A stretch of 61,793 nt of DNA, counting the filler. It is 7 parts of 7 records of this genome, joined end to end, with 100 filler letters (N's around TTAATTAATTAA, not from the genome) between each part and the next. Parts side by side here need not be neighbours in the genome. Positions count along the whole stretch, not along the records: positions 9,800 to 18,622 come from DRR378314_1822; positions 18,723 to 25,480 come from DRR378314_1827; 5 more parts are not named here. One strand, given 5' to 3'. Each line of letters starts with the position of its first letter. The first letter of the stretch is position 1. Of the stretch, positions 11,295 through 20,041 are shown piece by piece. The notes under the pieces are model-generated. The model was not told where the DNA came from, searched no databases, and was given only the letters and a program-made list of their open reading frames with translations. Position numbers and translations under genes: made by a program.

Positions 11295-12188
11295 TCAGAC
11301 TGGCGGAGGTTGCCGGCGACGCACGCTGATCAACAGCCCCAGGGTCAACAGGGCAATGGCGGATATGCTGATCCAGCTCAGGTTTTCCCCCAATATCAGC
11401 GCCCCCAATAAGCCGCCGCCCCCCGGCACTGCCGCAAGGATCGACGAGGTGTTTGCGGTGCCAATGCTGCGCGAGGCATGGGCGATCAGCAACAGGCCAA
11501 TGAGGTTGGGCACAAATCCCTGATAGACCGCCTGCAACAGCAGCGGCCCCATTGGCGCATCAGCCAGCCCGCTGGGCAGCCAAAGCGCCCAAATCGGCAG
11601 ATAAAGCACCGCATTTACAACTGTACCGCAAAAGATGATCTGCATCGCGCTCAGTTGCCAGCGCTCGGAGAGGATCACATAAATGGCAAAGAACATGGCC
11701 CCGATCACAAACAGCAAATCCCCGACCCATGCATCCGGTTCGCTGGTCACGCTGCCGTCCCATGCCAGCACTATTGCCGACAATAGGATCAACGCCGCTC
11801 CCATGACCTGCCGTAAGGATGGTTTGGCCTGAAACAACAGCAGCGCAAAGGTGATGCTGATCAGCGGCAGCACCCCGTTCATAAAAATGCCGCCATGGGC
11901 CGCCGGTGCGAAGTGGAACCCGGTAAAGACACAGAGGATATACACCGGCCCCAGAATGAACGAGAGCACCGCAATCTGAAACAGGCGTAGCCCCCGCCAG
12001 GGTTTGTAATAGAGGCAAAGCGGCAAGGCGACCAAAGAGGCCAGCCCATAACGCATTGCAGCCAGATCATAGATGGTCAGGCCGCTGTCATTGGCGACAC
12101 GGCTGACGATCAGCCAGAACGACCAGACAAAGACGATGGTCCATGCCGCAGCATAGCCCGTGAACTGGGAGGAGGGACTGCTGGACAT
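11295..12188 (-). CDS. DMT/EamA family transporter
   Basis: About 10 hydrophobic segments, 'DLAAMRY', 'APAAHGG', 'LILGE'; start placed at MSSSPS. Confidence 0.9.
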   Translation of the reverse strand: MSSSPSSQFTGYAAAWTIVFVWSFWLIVSRVANDSGLTIYDLAAMRYGLASLVALPLCLYYKPWRGLRLFQIAVLSFILGPVYILCVFTGFHFAPAAHGGIFMNGVLPLISITFALLLFQAKPSLRQVMGAALILLSAIVLAWDGSVTSEPDAWVGDLLFVIGAMFFAIYVILSERWQLSAMQIIFCGTVVNAVLYLPIWALWLPSGLADAPMGPLLLQAVYQGFVPNLIGLLLIAHASRSIGTANTSSILAAVPGGGGLLGALILGENLSWISISAIALLTLGLLISVRRRQPPPV

Positions 12189-12380
12189 GTGAAATACTAA
12201 ACCTGAAAAAACGGGGGAAATCCCATGGCTTAGCAGTAGAAGCCCCTCCGCAGTGTGACAAGGGGCCATGGGCAGAAATCGCCTCGCGCGAAAATCGGCA
12301 GCTGACGGGACGAAACGATACGCATTGACCTGCATCCGGGCTATGACAGGCCAAACGCAAATGATTGAAAGAGGCAAGAC

Positions 12381-13343
12381 ATGGCAATTCGCACCGCGAT
12401 CATTGGGCTGGGGATCATGGGGCGGCGCATGGCCGAACATATGACGCTGCACCCTGAATTTGCGGTTGATGCGATCTGGGATCCTGATCCCGCCGCCTGC
12501 AAACTGGCCCAAAGCATGGCGCCGGAGGCAAGGCTGGCCAGCTCGCCCGAAGCGGCGATGGCGGATGTTGATCTGGTCTATCTCGCCTGCCCACCGGCGC
12601 CGCGCAAGGCCTATGCCATGGCGGCAGCGGGGGCTGGCAAGGCAGTGTTTCTGGAAAAACCTCTGGGCGTAGACGTCGACGCCAGCCGCGAGCTGGTGCA
12701 GGCCCTTACGGCATCCGGCGTACCAGCGGCTGTCAACTATACACAGGCAGCGGGCGACGCCCTGACAGAGGTGACCGCAGCCGCCCGCGCGGGCAGCTTG
12801 GGCACACTTATGGGTGCCGACATATTGGTCACCTATGCGCAGTGGCCGCGTGTATGGCAGGAAGCGGCAGACTGGCTGCGGTTTCGCGCCGAGGGTGGCA
12901 TGACCCGTGAAGTCATCTCGCATTTTCTGTTCTTTGCGCAACGTGTTCTTGGGCCGCTTGAATTGATTTGGGCCCGACCCGACTACCCCGCTGACAGCGA
13001 TCTTTGCGAAACCCATGTGGCGGCGCGTCTGCTGTCCGCCACGGGCATGCCGGTAACGGTGATGGGCAGTGTTGGCGGCGCGCAACCGGACCGCCAAGAA
13101 GTCACCATCAAAGGCAGTACGCAAAGCCGGCGCATTTCGGATTTCTACCGCAATGCGGCCTCAGACGGCGGCCCGTTCACACAGCTGCATGGTGCATATG
13201 ACGACCCGCGCGCGGCCAGCCTGAAGGTGCAGCTGGATGATCTTGCCCTGTTGATCGCAGGCAAACCCAGCCGCCTTGCCACCCCGCAAGAAGCCCTTGA
13301 GGTGCAAATACTGGTCGAAGCGATCCTTGCCTCTAACCATTGA
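12381..13343 (+). CDS. Gfo/Idh/MocA family oxidoreductase
   Basis: GLGIMG Rossmann motif, 'VFLEKPL'; GAGG RBS. Confidence 0.9.
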   Translation: MAIRTAIIGLGIMGRRMAEHMTLHPEFAVDAIWDPDPAACKLAQSMAPEARLASSPEAAMADVDLVYLACPPAPRKAYAMAAAGAGKAVFLEKPLGVDVDASRELVQALTASGVPAAVNYTQAAGDALTEVTAAARAGSLGTLMGADILVTYAQWPRVWQEAADWLRFRAEGGMTREVISHFLFFAQRVLGPLELIWARPDYPADSDLCETHVAARLLSATGMPVTVMGSVGGAQPDRQEVTIKGSTQSRRISDFYRNAASDGGPFTQLHGAYDDPRAASLKVQLDDLALLIAGKPSRLATPQEALEVQILVEAILASNH

Positions 13344-14247
13344 AATGCAGGCGGTGACCGGGACTGGGCCAGCGCATGTGGTAAAGACATCCCGTGCCCG
13401 AGGCGGTGATCCATGCATCACGCATATCCGCCCCGCCAAAACAGATGTTGGTGATATAAGGGTCCCCCGGCACTTCGATAAAATCGACCGCCCCGCCCCC
13501 TGTGGGCACCACGCTGATGCCCCCGCGCATCAATGTCGCAACACAGATTTTCCCGTCCGCCTGCACTGCCAGACTGTCCAGCAGTTGATACTCCGGCAGG
13601 GTCACCTCCAGCCGTCCGGGCATGTCAAACGGTGGTGGTGCGATTTCACCCGGCCCGATCAGATCAAAACTCCAGACGCGACCAGTACGGGTTTCCGCCA
13701 CATGCACCGTCTTGTCATCCGGTGACAGGCCGATGCCATTGGGAGTGATCATTGGCGCGTGTACCCGGATGATCCGGCTGCCGTCCGCCAAGGCATAATA
13801 GAATGCGCCGTGATGCACATATTCGGCATTGGATTTGCCCAGATCGGTAAAGTAGAACCCGCCCTGCGCGTCAAACACAATGTCATTGGGACCGCGCAGC
13901 GGCTGGCCATCACAGCTGTCATAGATCGTCTCGAAGCGACCTGTTGCCGGATCAACCCGTTGGATGGATCCGCTGACATAGTCATCCGGGGTCCCAATGG
14001 GCCGCATGATGCCGTCCTCCTGCGTCCAGAGAAACCCGCCGTTGTTGCAGACATAAACCATGCCATCCGGCCCGATGGCAGCCCCGTTCGGACCACCGCC
14101 AAGCTGGGCAATCACCTCTATATTGCCATCAGGCAAAACCCGCGACAGGGTTTGGCGGCGGATCTCCACCAGAATGACAGAGCCATCAGCCATCGCGATC
14201 GGACCTTCGGGGAAATCCAACCCCTCACATCGTTTGGTCAGCTTCAT
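13333..14247 (-). CDS. SMP-30/gluconolactonase family protein
   Basis: FPEGP, GGPNG, GPNDIVFD..GGFYFTD, PNGIGLSPD, TNICFGG; AAGGA RBS before MKLTK. Confidence 0.92.
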   Translation of the reverse strand: MKLTKRCEGLDFPEGPIAMADGSVILVEIRRQTLSRVLPDGNIEVIAQLGGGPNGAAIGPDGMVYVCNNGGFLWTQEDGIMRPIGTPDDYVSGSIQRVDPATGRFETIYDSCDGQPLRGPNDIVFDAQGGFYFTDLGKSNAEYVHHGAFYYALADGSRIIRVHAPMITPNGIGLSPDDKTVHVAETRTGRVWSFDLIGPGEIAPPPFDMPGRLEVTLPEYQLLDSLAVQADGKICVATLMRGGISVVPTGGGAVDFIEVPGDPYITNICFGGADMRDAWITASGTGCLYHMRWPSPGHRLHFNG

Positions 14248-14445
14248 ATCGGTTCCTTTCACGCGCATCTCATGGACAAACCGCAATTTCTGTGAGTTCT
14301 TGGCTGTAAAGACAGCATAATCCGCAGGCGGGCGATATGAAAATCTAACGGCAGCCTCTTTGCGCCGCCACTGCGGAATGGCGCATACCGCCAACCGCGA
14401 TGACCTCGCCCCCCGCGCCTTATGCCCGGAATGAAAGGCCCGCTT

Positions 14446-15519
14446 ATGAAACTCTCCGCCAAAGAACTGACCACAGTGGCCCGTTCGATCCTGTCTCATG
14501 CGGGGGCTACAGCCCGGGACGCAGACCGGGTGGCAACGCGTCTGGTGGATGCCAATCTGACGGGCCATGACAGCCACGGTGTCGGCATGATCCCGGCCTA
14601 TGTGCAGGGAATTCTGGCCGGTCAGCTGATCCCCGATGCCGCCGCCGAAGTGGTGCAGGACAAAGGTCCGTTCCTGTTGGTCGAGGGCCATCAGGGCTTT
14701 GGCCATATCATTGCGGAACAAGCGATGACACTGGCCATCGCGCGGGCAAAAACCAGTCATTTCGCGGTTCTGTCCCTGCGCCGCAGTTTTCACCTGGGCC
14801 GCCTGGGTGATTGGGGTGCCATGGCCGCAGCGGAAGGTTTCATCTGCATTATCTACGCCAATGTTCAGTCCTCCCGCCCAATCGTTGCGCCCTTTGGCGG
14901 CAGCGACGCGCGTTTTGTCACCAATCCCTATTGCACTGCCATTCCAGCCACCAGGAAACACCCGATGTTTCTGTTGGACATGGCGACCAGCACAATTGCG
15001 ATGGGCAAGGCACGTGTGGCAGAGCTGAGCGGCAAGCAGGTGCCCGAAGGCTGTGTGATCGACGCGGCCGGAAACCCGACCACCGATCCCTCAGTGATGT
15101 TCAATGACCCGTTGGGGGCGCTTACAACTTTCGGGCAACACAAGGGTTTCGGGCTGGCCTTGCTGGGCGATATCCTTGGCGGTTCTTTCAGTGGTGGTGG
15201 GGCCTATTTGCCGGAACGCGAAGTTGAAGGGCAGATCCTGAACAACATGATGGCAATCCTGATCGACCCCAATGTGTTCGGCAATGCCGAGGCTTTTGGA
15301 ATTGATGTGGACAATTACACCGACTGGGTCAAATCATCGCCCCCTGCCCCCGGCTTTGATGCGGTGATGCTGCCCGGTGATCCCGAAAGGCAAAGCGCCA
15401 AGGCGCGAAACGCCGCTGGTATCCATTTGGATGCAGGCACTACCGCACAGCTGATCGAAGCCGCAAGATCCGTCAAGGTTCCAGAGAAGGAGCTCTTCAC
15501 GCTGCTTAACGCAGGCTGA
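14446..15519 (+). CDS. Malate/lactate/ureidoglycolate (Ldh_2) family dehydrogenase, YbiC-like
   Basis: ANL.GHDSHG, HLGRLG, APFGG...TNP, DMATS, HKGFGL, LPGDPE. Confidence 0.9.
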   Translation: MKLSAKELTTVARSILSHAGATARDADRVATRLVDANLTGHDSHGVGMIPAYVQGILAGQLIPDAAAEVVQDKGPFLLVEGHQGFGHIIAEQAMTLAIARAKTSHFAVLSLRRSFHLGRLGDWGAMAAAEGFICIIYANVQSSRPIVAPFGGSDARFVTNPYCTAIPATRKHPMFLLDMATSTIAMGKARVAELSGKQVPEGCVIDAAGNPTTDPSVMFNDPLGALTTFGQHKGFGLALLGDILGGSFSGGGAYLPEREVEGQILNNMMAILIDPNVFGNAEAFGIDVDNYTDWVKSSPPAPGFDAVMLPGDPERQSAKARNAAGIHLDAGTTAQLIEAARSVKVPEKELFTLLNAG

Positions 15520-15629
15520 TGGGCGGGATGCGTTAGGGTATTTTGGATACTCGAACTGGTTTGTCAGCGCATTTGCGCTCTGCGCCCCCTCTTTCCTGCG
15601 GATGAGCCCCTCTCATTCTACAGCTCTTT

Positions 15630-16030
15630 ATGTCAGCACCTTTGCCGAATGCCCTGCGGGAGCGGTTTCAGAGATTGATTGAAGAAGGGTTAAGCGGGCG
15701 CGCGGCGGCGGTGCGGCCGAAGCTCTCGCCCGCAACCAGTGCGCGTTGGCGTCTTGCGATCAGGCGAGTTGGGCGGGCAAGGGCCGCGCATCGCAGCCAG
15801 CCAAAGGGCAAGTTTGACGAGGTGCTAGAACTCTCGCTCCGACTCCTCGCAAACCCTTGGAAACTATGGGAATCAGGTCACATCACCCTGCGTAGAACCG
15901 TCCTCAGACTGGCCTTCACAGACCGTCTGCAATACCATCGAAAAACAGATGCTAGAACACCTAAAACAGCCTTCGTATTCAAGGCGTTAGGACGTCATTT
16001 GGGTGGTGAAATGAAAAGTGGTGCGGTCGG
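15630..16030 (+). pseudogene. Chimeric remnant: IS630-like transposase N-terminus joined to a serine-recombinase C-terminal tail
   Basis: MSAPLP.ALR.RFQR.IEEGLSGRAAA.R.KLSPAT..RW resembles the HTH of roseobacter IS630 transposases; after QPKGK it switches to FDEVLELSLRLLANPWKLWESG...RRTVLRLAF, recalled from tRNA-adjacent recombinase tails. Neither catalytic domain is present. Confidence 0.65.
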
Positions 16031-16047
16031 AGGACACCGCGCGTTAG

Positions 16048-16184
16048 TCGCAGGCTGTTGCAATGGTGCGCAGCTTGATACAATATCCCCTTGAAATAAG
16101 GCCCATGTTTTCGCAGGCTGTCGCACGTATCACCGTATTTGTGCTGCACATCGCGGATTGCTTCGGGGGTCAATTCGGGGGTCA
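16048..16184 (+). repeat. att-region direct repeats (candidate accessory-factor and integrase arm sites)
   Basis: TCGCAGGCTGT(T/C)GCA at 16048-16062 and 16111-16125; TTCGGGGGTCA at 16162-16172 and 16174-16184. Confidence 0.7.
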
Positions 16185-16204
16185 GAGGATAGGAAGACAG
16201 CGAT

Positions 16205-16537
16205 ATGGGACGACCCCTAAAATTCAGATGGTGGAACGGAGTGAAAATGGTTCCCAGTGAATCTTTGATGATTGGTGCCAAGAACCTGAAAGCCCCCATG
16301 CACATGCAGTGCGTTGGACTAAAGGACGCGAACGGCGTTGATATATACGAGGGCGATATTCTTGAAGAGCGTCAGGGTTCGTTTTTCAGTGTAGTTTGGG
16401 ACGCAGGCTGGGCAAAATTCAAGCTGCAACACCCGCCTAAGACTATTCAATACCCTGAGTGGAATAGAGGGAAGAAAATGAAGGTAGTGGGGAATATTCA
16501 CGAAAACCCAGAATTGATGCAAATTGAGCCGCAATAA
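16205..16537 (+). CDS. YopX family phage protein
   Basis: 'KFR.W', 'GLKD.NG..IYEGDIL', 'VVGNIHENPEL'; AGGA RBS; visibly AT-richer than the host genes. Confidence 0.88.
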   Translation: MGRPLKFRWWNGVKMVPSESLMIGAKNLKAPMHMQCVGLKDANGVDIYEGDILEERQGSFFSVVWDAGWAKFKLQHPPKTIQYPEWNRGKKMKVVGNIHENPELMQIEPQ

Positions 16538-17717
16538 GCTATCCGCCTTAGCGGTGCGCAATGCGAAGCCCGGACGCCTATTTGATGGCGGCGGGCTTTT
16601 TCTCATTAAGACGCAGGCAGGCGGCAACTGGATTTGGCGTTACAGCTATCTAAAGCGGGTCAGGGAAATGGGGCTTGGCCCGCTGGACGCTGTGAGCCTG
16701 TCAGACGCCCGCAAGGCCCGTGACACATGGGCAAGCGTTCTGGCAATGGGGCAAGACCCCATAGCGGAGCGTGAACGCCAGCGGGACGCAGAGAGGGCCG
16801 CACGGGACAAGGACGCCCCAACCTTTGCCGAGGTCGCGGACATTGTGTTTGAATCGCACAAGGCCAGCCTGCGCGGCGATGGCGAACGGGGGAAGTGGTA
16901 CAGCCCGTTGCGGGTTCACATCATTCCCAAGCTGGGGGCCATGCGCATATCCGAGATCCACCAGACCGATATTGCCACCACCTTGCGCCCGATCTGGAAA
17001 ACTAAACACCCGACTGCGAACAAGGCTTGGCAGCGGTTGCGATTCATATTCCAGCAGGCCGAATTAATGGGCTATGACTGCAAACCGTTCGCTGCGGACG
17101 CCGCGCGGGTTATGCTGGGGAAGGTTGATCACCAGACAGAGAACGTCGCCGCAACCCCATGGCAGGAGGTCCCTGCCCTATACCAAGCCCTTGACGGCAT
17201 GTCGTCGCCCAAGCTGTGCCTGCGCTGGATGATACTGACCTGCGTTAGATCAGCCGGTTGCCTTGGCGCTCGCTTCGATGAAATCGCAGACGGTGTGTGG
17301 ACCGTGCCAGCCGACCGGATCAAGGGTATGCGCGGGTCAGTGCAAGACTTTCGCGTTCCGCTTGGGGCCGAGGCGCTGCGCATTGTGGAGATAGCCAGCA
17401 CCGTCGATGACACCTATCTGTTCCCGTCATACCGCAAGCGCGGCGGCAACATCACAGAAGCAGCGTTACGCAAGGAATTGGCCGCTCAGAAGGAGGCGGG
17501 AAGGCCCCACGGGTTTCGCACGTCATTCCGCACATGGGCCGAGGAAACAGACCAGCCGTGGGACGTGTCGGAAACGATACTTGGCCACCAGATCAAGGGG
17601 AGAGTTGAACGCGCCTATGCCCGCTCGGATTTACTCGACCGCCGCCGGGTGGTTATGGACCGATGGGCCAGCTTTGTGAGCGGCACCGGCGCTGATATTG
17701 TGCGGATCAGGGGGTAG
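16524..17717 (+). CDS. P4-like tyrosine integrase with arm-binding domain
   Basis: 'KPG...DGGGLFL....G..W..RY......EMGLG....VSL..AR' arm domain; catalytic R (CVRS), HGFR, LGH and Y (ERAY) present; TTG start overlaps yopX. Confidence 0.93.
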   Translation: MSRNKLSALAVRNAKPGRLFDGGGLFLIKTQAGGNWIWRYSYLKRVREMGLGPLDAVSLSDARKARDTWASVLAMGQDPIAERERQRDAERAARDKDAPTFAEVADIVFESHKASLRGDGERGKWYSPLRVHIIPKLGAMRISEIHQTDIATTLRPIWKTKHPTANKAWQRLRFIFQQAELMGYDCKPFAADAARVMLGKVDHQTENVAATPWQEVPALYQALDGMSSPKLCLRWMILTCVRSAGCLGARFDEIADGVWTVPADRIKGMRGSVQDFRVPLGAEALRIVEIASTVDDTYLFPSYRKRGGNITEAALRKELAAQKEAGRPHGFRTSFRTWAEETDQPWDVSETILGHQIKGRVERAYARSDLLDRRRVVMDRWASFVSGTGADIVRIRG

Positions 17718-17855
17718 GCCAGCTAAATGTAAACGTCGCCATCGAGACGGTCTATGATTGCGCACACTTCGCCGCCGCGTTCGGCTGCGATATCAACAAG
17801 GCCCTGAGCCGTCGAACCACCCCGCTTGCGTCCCCCCGTTCTAAAAAACTGTTGT

Positions 17856-17873
17856 TAGTTACAAAAGCAACTA
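17856..17873. promoter_or_regulatory. Palindromic operator candidate
   Basis: TAGTT-N8-AACTA about 55 bp upstream of the oxidoreductase start. Confidence 0.4.
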
Positions 17874-17929
17874 CTAACCAAAGCAGTGATGGCAGAACAT
17901 TGCCGCGAAACCACGCTGGAGGGGATGAC

Positions 17930-18622
17930 ATGGTTGCATCACGTTACGAGACCGCGTTCAAACTTTATCCTTACGAAAAAGTCGCAGCGCAAAGCGGCAC
18001 GCCCGAGCGCCATCCGGTGGTTATTGTCGGTGGTGGGCCGGTGGGCCTGTCCCTTGCCCTTGATCTGGGTAAAAGAGGCACGCCGGTTCTGCTTCTCGAT
18101 GATCATGACGGTGCCGGATTGGGCAGCAAGGCGATCTGTTTTGCCAAACGCACCTTGGACATCGCGCACCGTCTTGGGGCCAGTACGCCGATGGTCGACA
18201 AAGGTGTGGTCTGGAACGTGGGCCGTGTGTTTCGCGGGGACGGGCAATTGTTCGGGTTCGATCTGCAACCCGAAGATGGGCATCGCAACCCGGCTTTTAT
18301 CAACTTGCAACAACCTGATTTCGAACGCTTTCTGGTCGATGCTATTCGTGTGTCCCAAGACGCTGGCGCGCCGATAGAATTGCGTGGACGCAACCGGGTG
18401 ACGGGTGTGGAGCCCCATGATAACCATGTGACGCTGGACATAGATACCCCCGACGGCCCCTATCAGCTTGAGGCGGATTATCTGGTCGCCTGTGACGGCG
18501 CACGCTCCGGTCTGCGCGACATGATGGGCCTGTCGTTTGACGGGCGGGTGTTCGAAGATAACTTCCTGATTGCCGATGTGCGGATGAAGGCGGATTTTCC
18601 GACCGAACGCTGGTTCTGGTTC
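17930..18622 (+). CDS. FAD-dependent aromatic hydroxylase-family oxidoreductase (3' truncated)
   Basis: VVIVGGGPVG, ACDGARS; GGAGGG RBS before ATG at 17930. Confidence 0.88.
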
Positions 18623-18722
18623 NNNNNNNNNNNNNNNNNNNNNNNNNNNNNNNNNNNNNNNNNNNNTTAATTAATTAANNNNNNNNNNNNNNNNNNNNNN
18701 NNNNNNNNNNNNNNNNNNNNNN
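18623..18722. other. Artificial contig spacer
   Basis: N-run/TTAATTAATTAA/N-run. Confidence 0.99.
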
Positions 18723-18723
18723 C

Positions 18724-19578
18724 ATCAAGATCGGCCGCACCCATACGCAGGACGCCACGCCGCTGACGCTCGGTCAGGAATTTGGCGGCTACGCGCATCA
18801 GATCCGTCAGGGTCTGGCGCGGGTCGAGGCGGCAATGCCCGGCATCTATGAGCTGGCGCAGGGCGGCACCGCCGTCGGCACCGGCCTCAACACCGTTGAG
18901 GGCTGGGGCGAGGAAGTCGCTGCAAACATGGCCGAAATCACCGGCCTGCCCTTCGTGACCGCGCCGAACAAGTTCGAGGCATTGGCCGCCCATGACGCCA
19001 TGGTGTTCCTCTCCGGCGCGCTCGCGACCATCGCTGGCAGCTGCTACAAGATCGCCAACGACATCCGGTTCCTGGGCTCCGGCCCGCGCTCTGGTCTGGG
19101 CGAGTTGGTGCTGCCCGAAAACGAGCCCGGCTCCTCGATCATGCCGGGCAAGGTGAATCCGACCCAAGCCGAGGCGCTGACGCAGGTAGCCGCACACGTC
19201 ATGGGCAATGACGCCGCGATCAAATTTGCAGGCTCTCAGGGTCACTTTGAACTCAACGTTTACAACCCGATGATGTCCTATAACCTGTTGCAATCCATCC
19301 AGCTTTTGGGTGATGCAGCGGACAGCTTCACCGAGCGGATGCTGAACGGCATCAAGGCCAACGAGCCGCGCATCGAAAAGCTGATGACGGAGAGCCTGAT
19401 GCTGGTGACCGCACTGGCGCCGACCATCGGTTACGACAATGCCACCAAGGTAGCGAAGACTGCGCATAAGAACGGCACCACGCTGAAGGAAGAGGCAATC
19501 GCGCTTGGCTTTGTGGACGAAGAGACCTTTGAGAAGGTCGTTCGCCCCGAGCAGATGATCGGCCCGAAGGCAAAGTGA
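18724..19578 (+). CDS. fumC: Class II fumarate hydratase (5' truncated)
   Basis: [34 protein letters not shown]. Confidence 0.97.
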   Translation: MKIGRTHTQDATPLTLGQEFGGYAHQIRQGLARVEAAMPGIYELAQGGTAVGTGLNTVEGWGEEVAANMAEITGLPFVTAPNKFEALAAHDAMVFLSGALATIAGSCYKIANDIRFLGSGPRSGLGELVLPENEPGSSIMPGKVNPTQAEALTQVAAHVMGNDAAIKFAGSQGHFELNVYNPMMSYNLLQSIQLLGDAADSFTERMLNGIKANEPRIEKLMTESLMLVTALAPTIGYDNATKVAKTAHKNGTTLKEEAIALGFVDEETFEKVVRPEQMIGPKAK

Positions 19579-19763
19579 TGGGAAAACCGGTCAATCTGAA
19601 CCGGTTTCGGAAACAAAAAGCGCGGGCCGAGAAAAAGGCCCGCGCGGATCAGAACGTTGTCAAACATGGTCGGACCAAAACCGAAAAGGCCCGCGACAAG
19701 GCCGATGAGGCGCGCGACAAGACCCTCATTGACCAGCACAAACTGGACCATGGAGACGAGTGA
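19578..19763 (+). CDS. DUF4169 family protein
   Basis: 'VNLNRFRKQKAR......ADQN..KHGRTK.E'; TGATG overlap with fumC. Confidence 0.88.
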   Translation: MGKPVNLNRFRKQKARAEKKARADQNVVKHGRTKTEKARDKADEARDKTLIDQHKLDHGDE

Positions 19764-20035
19764 CACGCCATGAAGCGTCGCCAACGCAGAGAAAACCCGC
19801 CCCGATGATTGGCGAGCGCCCGCAAAAACGCTCTCTGACCCTGCGCGGGCATCGGACCTCGGTCTCGCTGGAAGATGCATTCTGGGCGGAGTTTAGACGT
19901 CTCGCTGCCGATCAGGACCGTGCGATCAATGAGCTGGCAGCCGAGATCGACGAAGAGCGTGGCACCGATTGCGGGTTGGCTTCGGCAATCCGGCTCTATG
20001 TGTTGCAGGCGCTGAAGGCTGAAGCCGCGCGCTGA
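19760..20035 (+). CDS. Ribbon-helix-helix domain protein
   Basis: 'KRSLTLRGHRTSVSLED.FW....LASAIRLYVL'. Confidence 0.9.
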   Translation: MTRHEASPTQRKPAPMIGERPQKRSLTLRGHRTSVSLEDAFWAEFRRLAADQDRAINELAAEIDEERGTDCGLASAIRLYVLQALKAEAAR

Positions 20036-20041
20036 GCCACA

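Noticed and set aside
12189-13124. Apparent 609-aa DMT fusion, likewise the 542-aa SMP-30 and 316-aa NHase alpha extensions
   Set aside because: The extensions overlap real genes on the opposite strand; the true starts lie downstream
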